Source of the DNA: Elusimicrobiota bacterium
Lineage (GTDB): Bacteria > Elusimicrobiota > Elusimicrobia > UBA1565 > JACRDR01
Reading direction: 5' to 3'
Length of the DNA stretch: 64,000 nt
Assembly (NCBI GenBank): GCA_041694815.1
Contig: JBGFSC010000026.1
Coordinates: forward strand, 27,762 to 91,761
Below are positions 38,875 through 47,665 of this stretch, in pieces. Under the pieces are notes generated by a model that saw nothing but the letters and a program-made list of their open reading frames with translations, was not told the origin of the DNA and did not search any database. Made by a program: the position numbers and the translations under genes. Within the stretch, counting starts at the first letter, position 1; each line of letters opens with the position of its first letter.

Positions 38875-39921
38875 TCAGAACTGTTCCAAGAATCTAATGT
38901 CATTCTCGTAGAACATGCGTATATCGGGCACGCCGAGCTTGAGCATGGCGATGCGCTCGACCCCCATGCCGAAGGCGTAGCCCGACCATAGCTCGGGGTT
39001 GTAGCCGACGGCCTTGAATACGTTGGGGTGCACCAGCCCCGCCCCCAGCACCTCCATCCACCCGCTGCGCTTGCAGGCGGGACATCCTGAGCCCGAGCAG
39101 AGCAGGCATTGGATATCGACCTCGGCCGAGGGCTCGGTGAACGGGAAATACGAAGGCCTAAATCGGCTGTGCGTGTTGGGCCCGAAAAGGCCGCGCAAAA
39201 AGAGATCGAGCGTCCCCTTGAGGTCCGCCATCGAGACGTTCTTGTCGACGTAAAGGCCCTCGACCTGGTGGAAAACGGCCGAATGGGAGGCGTCGACCGC
39301 CTCGTGGCGGAATACGCGCCCCGGGGCAATGATCCGCACCGGCGGGCGGCAGCTTTCCATGCGCCGCACCTGCACGGGGCTCGTGTGCGTGCGCAGAAGC
39401 ATCGAGGCTGGCTCGCGCAGGTAAAAGGTGTCCTGCGTGTCGCGCGCTGGGTGGTCGGCGGGAATGTTGAGCGCCTCGAAATTATAGTACTCCGTCTCGG
39501 CCAAGGGCCCCTCGGCCCAGGAGAAGCCGAGGCGCTCGAAGATCGAGGCGATCTCCGCCTCGATCTGGGTCAACGGGTGCAGGCGGCCCGCGGGCGCCGC
39601 CGACCCGGGAAGGGTGACGTCGACGCCCTTAGAGAGGCGCCGCTCGCTGCCCTCGCGCTCCAGCTGCCTGCGGCGGGCGTCGATGGATTGCTCGAGCTTC
39701 TCCTTGAACTCGTTGGCGCCGCCGCCCAGGCGCCGGCGTTCCTCGAGAGGCAGGTCCTTGAGGCTCTTGAGCAGCAGGGTCAGCGAACCCTTGCGGCCCA
39801 GAAAGCGCAGGCGGACCGATTCGAGCTCCTCGAGCGTGGAGGCCTTGGAAACCGAGACGGGCGCGTGGGCCGACTCCTTCTTCCAAGACTCCTCCCACTG
39901 CCCGGCCGCGACCTCGTCCAT
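38875..39921 (-). CDS. pheS: Phenylalanine--tRNA ligase alpha subunit
   Basis: HPARDTQDTFY, LRTHTSPVQ, FHQVEG, FPFTEPS, AFGMGVERIAM. Confidence 0.98.
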   Translation of the reverse strand: MDEVAAGQWEESWKKESAHAPVSVSKASTLEELESVRLRFLGRKGSLTLLLKSLKDLPLEERRRLGGGANEFKEKLEQSIDARRRQLEREGSERRLSKGVDVTLPGSAAPAGRLHPLTQIEAEIASIFERLGFSWAEGPLAETEYYNFEALNIPADHPARDTQDTFYLREPASMLLRTHTSPVQVRRMESCRPPVRIIAPGRVFRHEAVDASHSAVFHQVEGLYVDKNVSMADLKGTLDLFLRGLFGPNTHSRFRPSYFPFTEPSAEVDIQCLLCSGSGCPACKRSGWMEVLGAGLVHPNVFKAVGYNPELWSGYAFGMGVERIAMLKLGVPDIRMFYENDIRFLEQF

Positions 39922-39930
39922 CGGACGCCC

Positions 39931-40281
39931 TTACGAGGGATTGCGGGTGAGGGAGACCAGTTTTTTGAAGGAATCCGAGTCCCGGACCGCCATCTCGGCC
40001 AGCATCTTCCGGTTGAGCGCGACGCCGCCCTTCTTGAGCCCGGCCATGAAGCGGCTGTAGCTCGTGCCTTCCTCGCGGCAGGCGGCGTTGATGCGGGAGA
40101 TCCACAGGGAGCGGAAATCTCCCTTCTTATCCTTGCGGCCCGTGTAGGCGTGGACCAGGGATTTCTCGACCTGCTGGATGACCGCGCGCCAGCGGTTGCG
40201 CTTATTGGAATAGCTGCCCTTGGCCAGTCGGAAATATTTCTTCTTGCGCTGCCTCGTGGTGACGCCGGATTTAATTCTCAT
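39931..40281 (-). CDS. rplT: 50S ribosomal protein L20
   Basis: AKG, FRSLWISRINAA, YSRF, LNRKMLAEMA. Confidence 0.97.
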   Translation of the reverse strand: MRIKSGVTTRQRKKKYFRLAKGSYSNKRNRWRAVIQQVEKSLVHAYTGRKDKKGDFRSLWISRINAACREEGTSYSRFMAGLKKGGVALNRKMLAEMAVRDSDSFKKLVSLTRNPS

Positions 40282-40290
40282 GGGATTCGC

Positions 40291-40488
40291 TCACTGGTAC
40301 GGCAGGTATTTGCGCAGCGTCTCGCCCTCGGTCGCCGTCAGGGTGTCGGCCTTGCGCAGGCTGCGGCCGCGCTTGGCGGACATGGGGGTCAAGAGATGCC
40401 GCAGCCCCGCCTTCTTGTGCTTCCATTTCCCGTTGGCGGTGCGGCGGAAGCGCTTCTTGGCGCCGCTGTGCGATTTGAGTTTTGGCAT
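40291..40488 (-). CDS. rpmI: 50S ribosomal protein L35
   Basis: MPKLKSHSGAKKRF...H.L. Confidence 0.97.
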   Translation of the reverse strand: MPKLKSHSGAKKRFRRTANGKWKHKKAGLRHLLTPMSAKRGRSLRKADTLTATEGETLRKYLPYQ

Positions 40489-40496
40489 GGTTCGTC

Positions 40497-41018
40497 CTAG
40501 TGCTGTTTCGGGGCCAGCGTCATGACCAGGCGGTTTCGGTCCGACAGAGGCGCCTGCTCGACGGAGGCCAGGGTGTTGAGCCGCTCCTGTATCTGCTGCA
40601 AAAGCTTCATCCCGAGATCGCGGTGCTGCATCTGACGGCCGCGGAAGACGACGGTGATGCGGACCTTGTCGTGCTCCTTCAAGAACTCCTCCGCGTGGCG
40701 GACCTTGACGTCGAGGTCATGGGCGCCGATCACCGGGGTGAACCGGATCTCCTTGAGCAGGCCGGTCTTCTGCTTCTTCCTGGCGGTCCGCTGCTTCTTC
40801 TCCTGCTCGTAGAGGTACTTCGAGTAGTCGAGAATCTTGCAGACCGGCGGGTTAGCCTGGGGGGCGATCTCGATTAAGTCGAGTCCCTTGGTCTTGGCGA
40901 TCGCGATCGCTTCGTTGACGCCTTTGATGCCCAACTGGGTTCCGTCGGAGTCGATGACGCGGACGGAATGGGCGGTGATTCGGTTATTGACGCGGATCGA
41001 GTTTTTCTGGGATAAAAT
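40497..41018 (-). CDS. infC: Translation initiation factor IF-3 (ATT start)
   Basis: Frame stays open upstream of the tracked ORF (RVNNRITAHSVRVIDSDG) to ATT at 41018, preceded by AAGGAGG; PPVCKILDY, KEIRF, FRGRQ. Confidence 0.95.
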   Translation of the reverse strand: MLSQKNSIRVNNRITAHSVRVIDSDGTQLGIKGVNEAIAIAKTKGLDLIEIAPQANPPVCKILDYSKYLYEQEKKQRTARKKQKTGLLKEIRFTPVIGAHDLDVKVRHAEEFLKEHDKVRITVVFRGRQMQHRDLGMKLLQQIQERLNTLASVEQAPLSDRNRLVMTLAPKQH

Positions 41019-41086
41019 TAGCTCGTTTCCTCCTTGTTTTCGCTGTTGCGGATACCGAGATTCTCGTCGAGAAACGGTAAGCCGAT

Positions 41087-41115
41087 ACTGTACTATCTTT
41101 TCGGCCCCGGGTCAA
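41087..41115 (-). promoter_or_regulatory. Probable infC operon promoter
   Basis: TTGACC (41115-41110), 17 nt, TACAGT (41092-41087). Confidence 0.55.
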
Positions 41116-41269
41116 CTTAAAACGCTGGAAATCCGATGGTCTCCATTTATCATGGAGGATTCAAGGCCTCTTTTGGGCGATAAAAAGGGCGTTATTTTTA
41201 AACCCTTTTCGCTTTAAGCCGTCTTTCTTGGACACGGGAGCCTATCTGGGCTACGCTGGTCTTATCGAT

Positions 41270-42784
41270 ATGCGCACGCTCCGCATCGCGCTTTTTCTTC
41301 TTTTGTGGGCCACGCAGGCGCCCGCCGCCAGCGCCGCCAGATCCCGAGATGAGGCGACGCGGCGGGTCGGGCCTAGTTCTTCCTCGGCGGCCGCCTCAGA
41401 GATCCGAGGACTACTGGAATCCCAGGACCGCATCCGCGTCTTCTTTTCCGCCGCTCCGGGCTTCGGGCATCAATCCGCGACCCTGGCCATCGCGCGGCAT
41501 TTGCGCGAACTGGGCTTTAAAGGCGAGATCGAGGGCGTTTACTTCGACCGGGATTGCGAATGGAGACATGACCAGCGCCCAACCTCCGAAAAGCTCGCCG
41601 TGCTCATCCCCCGCTTCGATCCCAAGCGTTGGGAGGATCAGAAAATTCCGAAGCTCAACATGACTCTTAGGAGCTATTCGAGTTTCGCGAAGCGCAACGA
41701 TCCCGTGGGCCTTGCGATTACCGGAGGGCTCGATTATCTCCAGACCTTGCAATGGAATCTCGGAATCAAGCAAAAGCATTTTGGCGACATCTTCAACGCG
41801 GAGTTTTTTCTGAGGCTCTCGCCCAAGGGCTGGGATGAATATCAGGATGAGCTATGGATTCGAGGCGCGTCGCGTCCAAAGCGGATTCCGACTACGGATC
41901 ACCATCAGCTCCTTTATAAGCCGGCGAGCCGGGCGGAGGCGGCCAGGGAGATCGCCTCCTTGCCCGAGGGGCCCAAGAAGGACGGGCTTCGGGCCCTGCT
42001 CGGTGGCCTCCAAGGCAGAGCCCTGTTGCCAGCCTACGCCCTGGATCTCGGTTTCACCTCCGCGGAGGCGGTGCATCGGCTGTTGCTGGGACTCAGTGAG
42101 GCGATGGAAAGCTCCGACTTTCCGCTTTCCGACGGGGTCGTCGTCCCGTTGCTCTGCGACCTCCAGGAGAAAATGCCGGAGCTCGAGCACATCCTTCTTC
42201 ATCCCGGCTCCAGCCGCGAGATATCTAAATTGAGCCCCGAGAGGCGAAAACGGATTGACAAGGCGAATGATCGCTTGAGGGAACGGTTGAAAATGGTCTC
42301 CATCGAGGCGGATTGGCTGCCTGAGGAATTGACCCAGCTGGCACCGGGCCAGATCCTCTTCGTGAAGGTGGGGCCGGTCCCGCCGCTTCTCTTTGAGTAT
42401 CTGTTCCGTCGCAGCAGCTTGCCACCGACCTTGGCGGGCCGCAACGCGGTCTCGCTGGCGCGGATGCTGGGCATTCCTTTCCTGTCGAAGTATCAGGCAG
42501 ATTTAAATGAGGTCGCCGGGGCGTCGCCCCTCGGTCCGGATCCGGCGGTTGAGCGCCTGTTGGCGGGCCGAAGCGGCAAAGGCCTTATCGACTCATGGGT
42601 CAATAACCGCAATTACGACTTCGAAAGCCTCGCCGACTTTATCCGGGCGGCGGTTCGGCCGCGTTCCGCGCTGCGCCGCGCCTTTCGGGCGGCGCGTATA
42701 CGGCCTAACGATCCGTCATACGACAAATTGGCCTTGGGCTTGCGGCAGATACAGGCCGTCAAAACACCGCCGTCGAAAAATTAG
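41270..42784 (+). CDS. Secreted hypothetical protein, possible GT-B-like fold
   Basis: ATG 41270, signal peptide MRTLRIALFLLLWATQAPAASA; RVFFSAAPGFGHQSA and LARMLGIPFL. Confidence 0.6.
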   Translation: MRTLRIALFLLLWATQAPAASAARSRDEATRRVGPSSSSAAASEIRGLLESQDRIRVFFSAAPGFGHQSATLAIARHLRELGFKGEIEGVYFDRDCEWRHDQRPTSEKLAVLIPRFDPKRWEDQKIPKLNMTLRSYSSFAKRNDPVGLAITGGLDYLQTLQWNLGIKQKHFGDIFNAEFFLRLSPKGWDEYQDELWIRGASRPKRIPTTDHHQLLYKPASRAEAAREIASLPEGPKKDGLRALLGGLQGRALLPAYALDLGFTSAEAVHRLLLGLSEAMESSDFPLSDGVVVPLLCDLQEKMPELEHILLHPGSSREISKLSPERRKRIDKANDRLRERLKMVSIEADWLPEELTQLAPGQILFVKVGPVPPLLFEYLFRRSSLPPTLAGRNAVSLARMLGIPFLSKYQADLNEVAGASPLGPDPAVERLLAGRSGKGLIDSWVNNRNYDFESLADFIRAAVRPRSALRRAFRAARIRPNDPSYDKLALGLRQIQAVKTPPSKN

Positions 42785-42804
42785 AATCCCCTTGCCTTGG
42801 AACA

Positions 42805-42844
42805 TCAATATATATATTGACATAGCAATATTATACTGTATAAT
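42805..42844 (+). promoter_or_regulatory. Consensus promoter of the TA operon with two palindromes
   Basis: TTGACA (42817-22), 16 nt, TATAAT (42839-44); palindromes tcaatatatatattga (42805-20) and attatac-t-gtataat (42830-44). Confidence 0.8.
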
Positions 42845-42850
42845 AAAGTC

Positions 42851-43075
42851 ATGGCCCTTAAAGCATTCACCGCCAAGATAGACGAAAAGACCCTCAAGGC
42901 GCTAAAGGCCGTTTCGGAGAGGACGCGCATCCCTCAGTCCGAGTTATTGAGGGAAGGAATCGCCTTGGTGCTGAGGCGGCATGCGGAAGACGTGCTGACC
43001 GTCGGCTTGAAGAATGAGATCGAAGCACTGCTTAAAGAAGACAGCGCTCTATTAAAGCGGCTGGCGAAGGCTTGA
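42851..43075 (+). CDS. Ribbon-helix-helix antitoxin
   Basis: FTAKI beta ribbon, LKAVSERTRIPQSELLREGI; C-terminal ALLKRLAK; overlaps Doc start. Confidence 0.8.
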   Translation: MALKAFTAKIDEKTLKALKAVSERTRIPQSELLREGIALVLRRHAEDVLTVGLKNEIEALLKEDSALLKRLAKA

Positions 43076-43458
43076 TCTATCTCTTCCCGAACCAAGTCCT
43101 TTACCTGCATAAGCGAGTCCTCGAAGTGTCCGGCGGTTCGGACGGCGTTCGGGATCTTGGCCTGCTAGAATCCGCCGTTTACCGCCCTCAGGCCAGCTTC
43201 GGGGGTTCGGACCTTTATCCGGACGTATTCTCCAAGGCGGCCGCGCTGGGACATTCTCTAATCAAAAATCATGCCTTCGTCGATGGCAATAAGCGCACCG
43301 GTTTTGAAGCCATGCGGCTTTTCTTGCGGCTTAACGGTTGGGATTTAAAGGCCAGCGACGAGGAAAAATTTCGTCTCGTCCTGGAAATTGCATCAGATTC
43401 CCGGCGCGATGAGCATTCCGTAGCGGAGTGGCTCAAAAATAAGTCGGTAAAAATATAG
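43072..43458 (+). CDS. doc: Death-on-curing (Doc/Fic) family toxin
   Basis: GVRDLGLLESAV.RP, HAFVDGNKRTG. Confidence 0.92.
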   Translation: MIYLFPNQVLYLHKRVLEVSGGSDGVRDLGLLESAVYRPQASFGGSDLYPDVFSKAAALGHSLIKNHAFVDGNKRTGFEAMRLFLRLNGWDLKASDEEKFRLVLEIASDSRRDEHSVAEWLKNKSVKI

Positions 43459-43487
43459 CGGCGCCGGAGGATGCGAATCCGGCGCCG
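43459..43487. terminator. GC-rich hairpin between convergent genes
   Basis: cggcgccgga-N9-tccggcgccg; no U-tract. Confidence 0.45.
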
Positions 43488-43497
43488 TCACTGAGAA

Positions 43498-44175
43498 TCA
43501 AAAACGACGACCTTTGGGAGCGAGGCTGGGGTTGAGTAATGCGCCGACCATCCGTGGCAAAAGTGCTCCAAGGATGATGCCCACGAGTGGTCCAACGCCC
43601 GGAGTGATACCACCCAATATGGCCCCTCCGATAATGCCAGCGGCAAGAGGAGTGTATTTCTCATGCGCTTCGCTATCTTTTTTTATCTCTCCGACTTCGG
43701 CCAGGGCTGTTGCGATCATATATCCCATCAGACCCATGAAAGCGCCGGCCAGAACCCCAACGGCGGCGACTAGGGGAATGCCGGTGAGCGCGCCGATGCC
43801 CGCGCCGGAAATGGCGCCGCCCACGGCGCTTGCGATGATTTCACGTTGGCCCTGATCCTTGGGGAACTTGCGTCCGGAAGGTGGAGGTGGCGGGGCGCCG
43901 TTCTTGCCGTTTCCCGAGGCGACGTTATTGACGGTGAGGGGGCCGACCTTCTTGAGTCCGGTCTTTGCTGCCACCGCGTCTTTAGCGTCCGAGCCTTCTC
44001 CGGTCAGGGCCCGCTCGGCGTCCTGCGCGGCGGCTTGCGCCTGTTCCGGCGTCGCGGCGTCGCCAATTTTGCCGGAAATCGCGGCGGCGTCGTTGAGATT
44101 GTCTGTTTCGCCGGCGTATCCCATGCTTAACGACGTCATTGCGATCAAGACGACGGAAAGAATCCTCAGTAACAT
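43498..44175 (-). CDS. Secreted/membrane protein with two glycine-zipper regions
   Basis: ATG 44175 after GGAGGAGG; signal peptide; GGAISGAGIGALTG..GVLAGAFMG and GIIGGAILGG..GIILGA. Confidence 0.7.
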   Translation of the reverse strand: MLLRILSVVLIAMTSLSMGYAGETDNLNDAAAISGKIGDAATPEQAQAAAQDAERALTGEGSDAKDAVAAKTGLKKVGPLTVNNVASGNGKNGAPPPPPSGRKFPKDQGQREIIASAVGGAISGAGIGALTGIPLVAAVGVLAGAFMGLMGYMIATALAEVGEIKKDSEAHEKYTPLAAGIIGGAILGGITPGVGPLVGIILGALLPRMVGALLNPSLAPKGRRF

Positions 44176-44446
44176 GCTTTTCCTCCTCCCTAGTAAATAC
44201 AACCGCGATATTTTACAGTGCCGCCGTCGATATGAACATGAGACCAAAGGCCTATAAGCCAAAAGTCTTTGGTACTAGATAATGGAAACGCAAATTCACT
44301 GTGTCCCGGACGCGGCAGCGTCGTGGGGATAAATCGAGGCTCTTCAGGGGCAGCTAGCTGTTTTTTGGGGTGTTTTTGGGCCTGACATTCTCTGACAGTT
44401 TAGGGTATTGCTTTTCCTAGGGACTACTGTTACTCTCAAACTGCTC

Positions 44447-47400
44447 ATGAAAAGCCCTTTCTGGGCCTCTCATTTTATTTTTGCCGCATTTTTAGGGATG
44501 GCCGTCTGTCAGGCGGCCGCCGCCGTCGATCTGCCCGAGGAATTCACCCAAACCGATACCGAAGAACGGCAGTTGCTGCGCTCGGCCGCGAGCCTTTTCG
44601 CCTCTCAAAATTATCCCGCCGCCGCGGGGCAGTACCGCAAGTTCGTCGACCGATTCGGCCGCAGTTTCCGGGCGCCCGAGGCGCAGATGATGCTCGCCGA
44701 ATGCCTCTATCGGCAATCCATCCGCGAGGCGGGGCTCCGGGACCAGCCGTCGGAGAAGGTCTTCGCCGACGCCAAGGGCGAGTTTACGCGCGCGCTGCGC
44801 ATGATCGCGCGCGACGACCATCTCTCCGAGGGGGCCGCCTTCCGCCTCGGCGAGATCGAATTCAATCTCCGGAATTATGAGGAAGCGATACGGCATATGC
44901 AGCGGCTGCAGTCCGACCACCCCGCGGGGCTTTTGCGCGGGGAGTCGAGGCTGCTGCAGGCCCAGTCGCTTTTGGCGCTTCGCCGCGTCGGGGAAGCCTA
45001 CCCGGTGCTCAAGACCGCCTTGGCCGATCAGCCGGCCACCCTTGACGACCCGCGGATGCAGCTGACCTATGGCATCGCGCTTTTTGAGATCGGCAATTCC
45101 TCCGAGGCCCTGCGCTATCTCGAAAAGCTCACGAGCGTCACCGCGCATCTCTACGCCGCCCGGGCCTACCTGCATCTCGGAAAGCCCCTGGTGGCCATCG
45201 GCCGTCTGCGCTCGCTCATCGACGCGGACCCGCAGGGTCCCAGCGTCGAGCTGGCGCAGTACCTGCTGGCCGAGTCCTTCTTCGCCTCTAAGGATTACCC
45301 GTCGGCGATATCGGCCTACGAGCAATTCCTGCGCTCCTATCCGAGAAGCCCGTACAAGCCGGCCTCGATGTATAAGATCGGGCTCTGCCAATTTGAGCGC
45401 GAGGAATACCTGGCCGCCCGCGGCAGCTTCCAGTCGGTACTGCAGCTAGCCCCCCGGAGCGAATTCGCCGAGTTGAGCCTCTACATGATCGGCGAGTCCT
45501 TTATGAAGGAAGGGCGGCTCAAGGAGGCCAATCTCGCCTACGCCGACATGGCGGGGAGTTTCCAGAGCCCCTTGGCCGGCAACGCCTATTTCAAGCAGGG
45601 CTGGACCCATTACCGCCAGAACGAGCTCACGGCGGCGGAGGCCTCGCTCCGGATGATGCTGGCCAAGCACGGCTCGCACCCGTTGGCCCCCGCGGCCGCC
45701 TTCCTCATCGGCAACGTATTGACGCATCAGCAGCGCTACCGCGACGCCGTGACGTCGTACCAGCGCGCCCTCGACATGCTCGAGAACAGCCAGGAGCCGG
45801 ACGAGAAGAAGGTCGAATTGCGCGAGGCCTGCCTGGCCTTGCTCAATCGGGCCAATCTCTTGGCCGGCGATCATGCCAGCCTTGTCTCCGGCTACCAGTA
45901 CGTGCTGGGACATGTCAAGCCGACCCTTAACATCTGGCGGGCGGCGACGCTGCTGCACATCGCGGAGGGTCATTTCCGCCAAGGGCAGTTCGACCAGGCG
46001 TTGGGCCTCTACCGCGAGATCGCCAATTCCTATCCGGCCAGTCCCGAATCGGCGCTGGCGGTAGACGGCGCCGCCTGGTGCCTGTTCGCCAAGGGGGATT
46101 TCGCCGCGGCCGAGCGCGAGCGGACCAAGCTCGCCGCGCAGCGCGGGCGGCCGGGCGTGGCCGCCTCCCAGAGCGTGCTCGCGGAGGGAAAACTCCCCGA
46201 GCGGCTCTTCGTCGCCAACGAGTTCGAGCAGGCGACATCCCTGTTCAACCAGAAGAAATACCTCGAGGCCTTGGACGCCTACGAGCGCTTCGAGAACGCC
46301 TACCGCCTAGATCCGCTCGCGCCGGAGGCCGCGCTGCAGGCCGGTTGGTGCTACTACCGCCTCGAGCATTACGGCCAGGCCCTCAAGGCCTGGGAAAGGG
46401 TCGAGACCTCCTACCCGGACTCTCCGGCGGCGGCCAAGGCGGCGTGGGCGACGGCCGACACCTATTTCCGGGCCGCGCAGAGCGATAAGGCGGTCGCTTC
46501 CTACCGGCGCATCCTGCAGGTATACCCGCGGGATCCCGCCGTCGGCTACGCACGGCTGCGCATCGCGCAAAGCTTTTACAACGCCAAGGATACGCTCAGG
46601 GCCATCTCCGCCTTCGAGGAATTGGCCTTGGGCTCCCCGGAGGCCCCCGAATCCGCGCAGGCACTCGATTTCCTGACCCAGCTGCTGCTGCTGCCCGAAT
46701 CGAAGACCGCGGCGCTTGACGCCTTGACGAGGATCGCCGACGCCAATCCCGCCTCGCCCGGAGGCGTCGCGGCCAGGCTGCGCATCGCCAAGTACCTTTA
46801 TGAGAGCGGGGATTATTCCGCGGCGGCGCAGAACTTCGAGCCCTTGATCTCGCGCCTCTCCGACAAGAACGAGCTCATGGAAGCTGTTTTCGCGGTCGCC
46901 GAATCCTACTACCAGCTCAAGCGCTACAAGGACGCTTCGCTGGCCTACGAGCGGTTCACGGCTAATTACGCGGGCGACAAGCGTTTCGCCGCGGCGCTGT
47001 TCCACCTCGGCGCCTCGCGCTTCAAGCTGGAGCAGTTTGCCGAGGCGGCGCAGGCCTTCGAGCAATTAGCCCGGCAGTTTCCCTCCACGCAGTTCGCCCC
47101 CGTGGCCTTGTTCAACTCGGCCCTGGCCTACCGGAAGTTGGGGCAATGGGAGCCTGCCGCCCGCGCGCTCAAGGCGTATATCCAGCAATACCCGACCGAG
47201 GCCAAGAACTCGAACGCGGTGGGTGAACTGACCTCCCTGTACCAAGAGCACCGCCGCTTCGCCGAGTCCACGCAGCTGCTGAGCTCGGGCCGCGAGGCGC
47301 TGCCGGCCGACGACCCACGCCGGCTAGAATGGACGCATCAGCTCGCCGAGGATTACGCGGCCATGGGGGAGGAGGCCAAGGCGATGGAGGAATACCGCCG

Positions 47401-47665
47401 CGCCGCGGCCGCGCCCGCCAAGGGCAATAGCTACCGGCTCTCGGCCCTCGCGAAGCTGGGGGAATATTACGAGAAATCGCAGCGCTGGTCCGAAGCGTTG
47501 GAAGCCTACCAAGATTTAGCCAAGAACGCGGCGGACCCGCAATGGGTCGAGGCGGCCAAGGCGCGGGCCCAGACCGCCCGCGAAAAATTGGCCCAGGCCT
47601 CGCTGAAGGTCTCGTCGCATACGGCCAATCAGCCCTCGAGCGGGAGCACCAAGGAGAGGAAATGA
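44447..47665 (+). CDS. Large exported tetratricopeptide-repeat protein (BamD/CpoB-type TPRs)
   Basis: Signal peptide; repeated A...Y..F...YP.S...A.Y.IG units throughout; ATG 44447 follows TTGCTT-17-TACTCT. Confidence 0.88.
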   Translation: MKSPFWASHFIFAAFLGMAVCQAAAAVDLPEEFTQTDTEERQLLRSAASLFASQNYPAAAGQYRKFVDRFGRSFRAPEAQMMLAECLYRQSIREAGLRDQPSEKVFADAKGEFTRALRMIARDDHLSEGAAFRLGEIEFNLRNYEEAIRHMQRLQSDHPAGLLRGESRLLQAQSLLALRRVGEAYPVLKTALADQPATLDDPRMQLTYGIALFEIGNSSEALRYLEKLTSVTAHLYAARAYLHLGKPLVAIGRLRSLIDADPQGPSVELAQYLLAESFFASKDYPSAISAYEQFLRSYPRSPYKPASMYKIGLCQFEREEYLAARGSFQSVLQLAPRSEFAELSLYMIGESFMKEGRLKEANLAYADMAGSFQSPLAGNAYFKQGWTHYRQNELTAAEASLRMMLAKHGSHPLAPAAAFLIGNVLTHQQRYRDAVTSYQRALDMLENSQEPDEKKVELREACLALLNRANLLAGDHASLVSGYQYVLGHVKPTLNIWRAATLLHIAEGHFRQGQFDQALGLYREIANSYPASPESALAVDGAAWCLFAKGDFAAAERERTKLAAQRGRPGVAASQSVLAEGKLPERLFVANEFEQATSLFNQKKYLEALDAYERFENAYRLDPLAPEAALQAGWCYYRLEHYGQALKAWERVETSYPDSPAAAKAAWATADTYFRAAQSDKAVASYRRILQVYPRDPAVGYARLRIAQSFYNAKDTLRAISAFEELALGSPEAPESAQALDFLTQLLLLPESKTAALDALTRIADANPASPGGVAARLRIAKYLYESGDYSAAAQNFEPLISRLSDKNELMEAVFAVAESYYQLKRYKDASLAYERFTANYAGDKRFAAALFHLGASRFKLEQFAEAAQAFEQLARQFPSTQFAPVALFNSALAYRKLGQWEPAARALKAYIQQYPTEAKNSNAVGELTSLYQEHRRFAESTQLLSSGREALPADDPRRLEWTHQLAEDYAAMGEEAKAMEEYRRAAAAPAKGNSYRLSALAKLGEYYEKSQRWSEALEAYQDLAKNAADPQWVEAAKARAQTAREKLAQASLKVSSHTANQPSSGSTKERK

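Noticed and set aside
38866..38882. Fourth operator copy (cgttca-agctc-agaact)
   Set aside because: Right half-site is poor and it belongs to the repeat's terminal inverted repeat.
38706..39329. 207-aa ORF spanning pheS end and the spacer
   Set aside because: Alternate frame of pheS reading through the repeat; no independent support.
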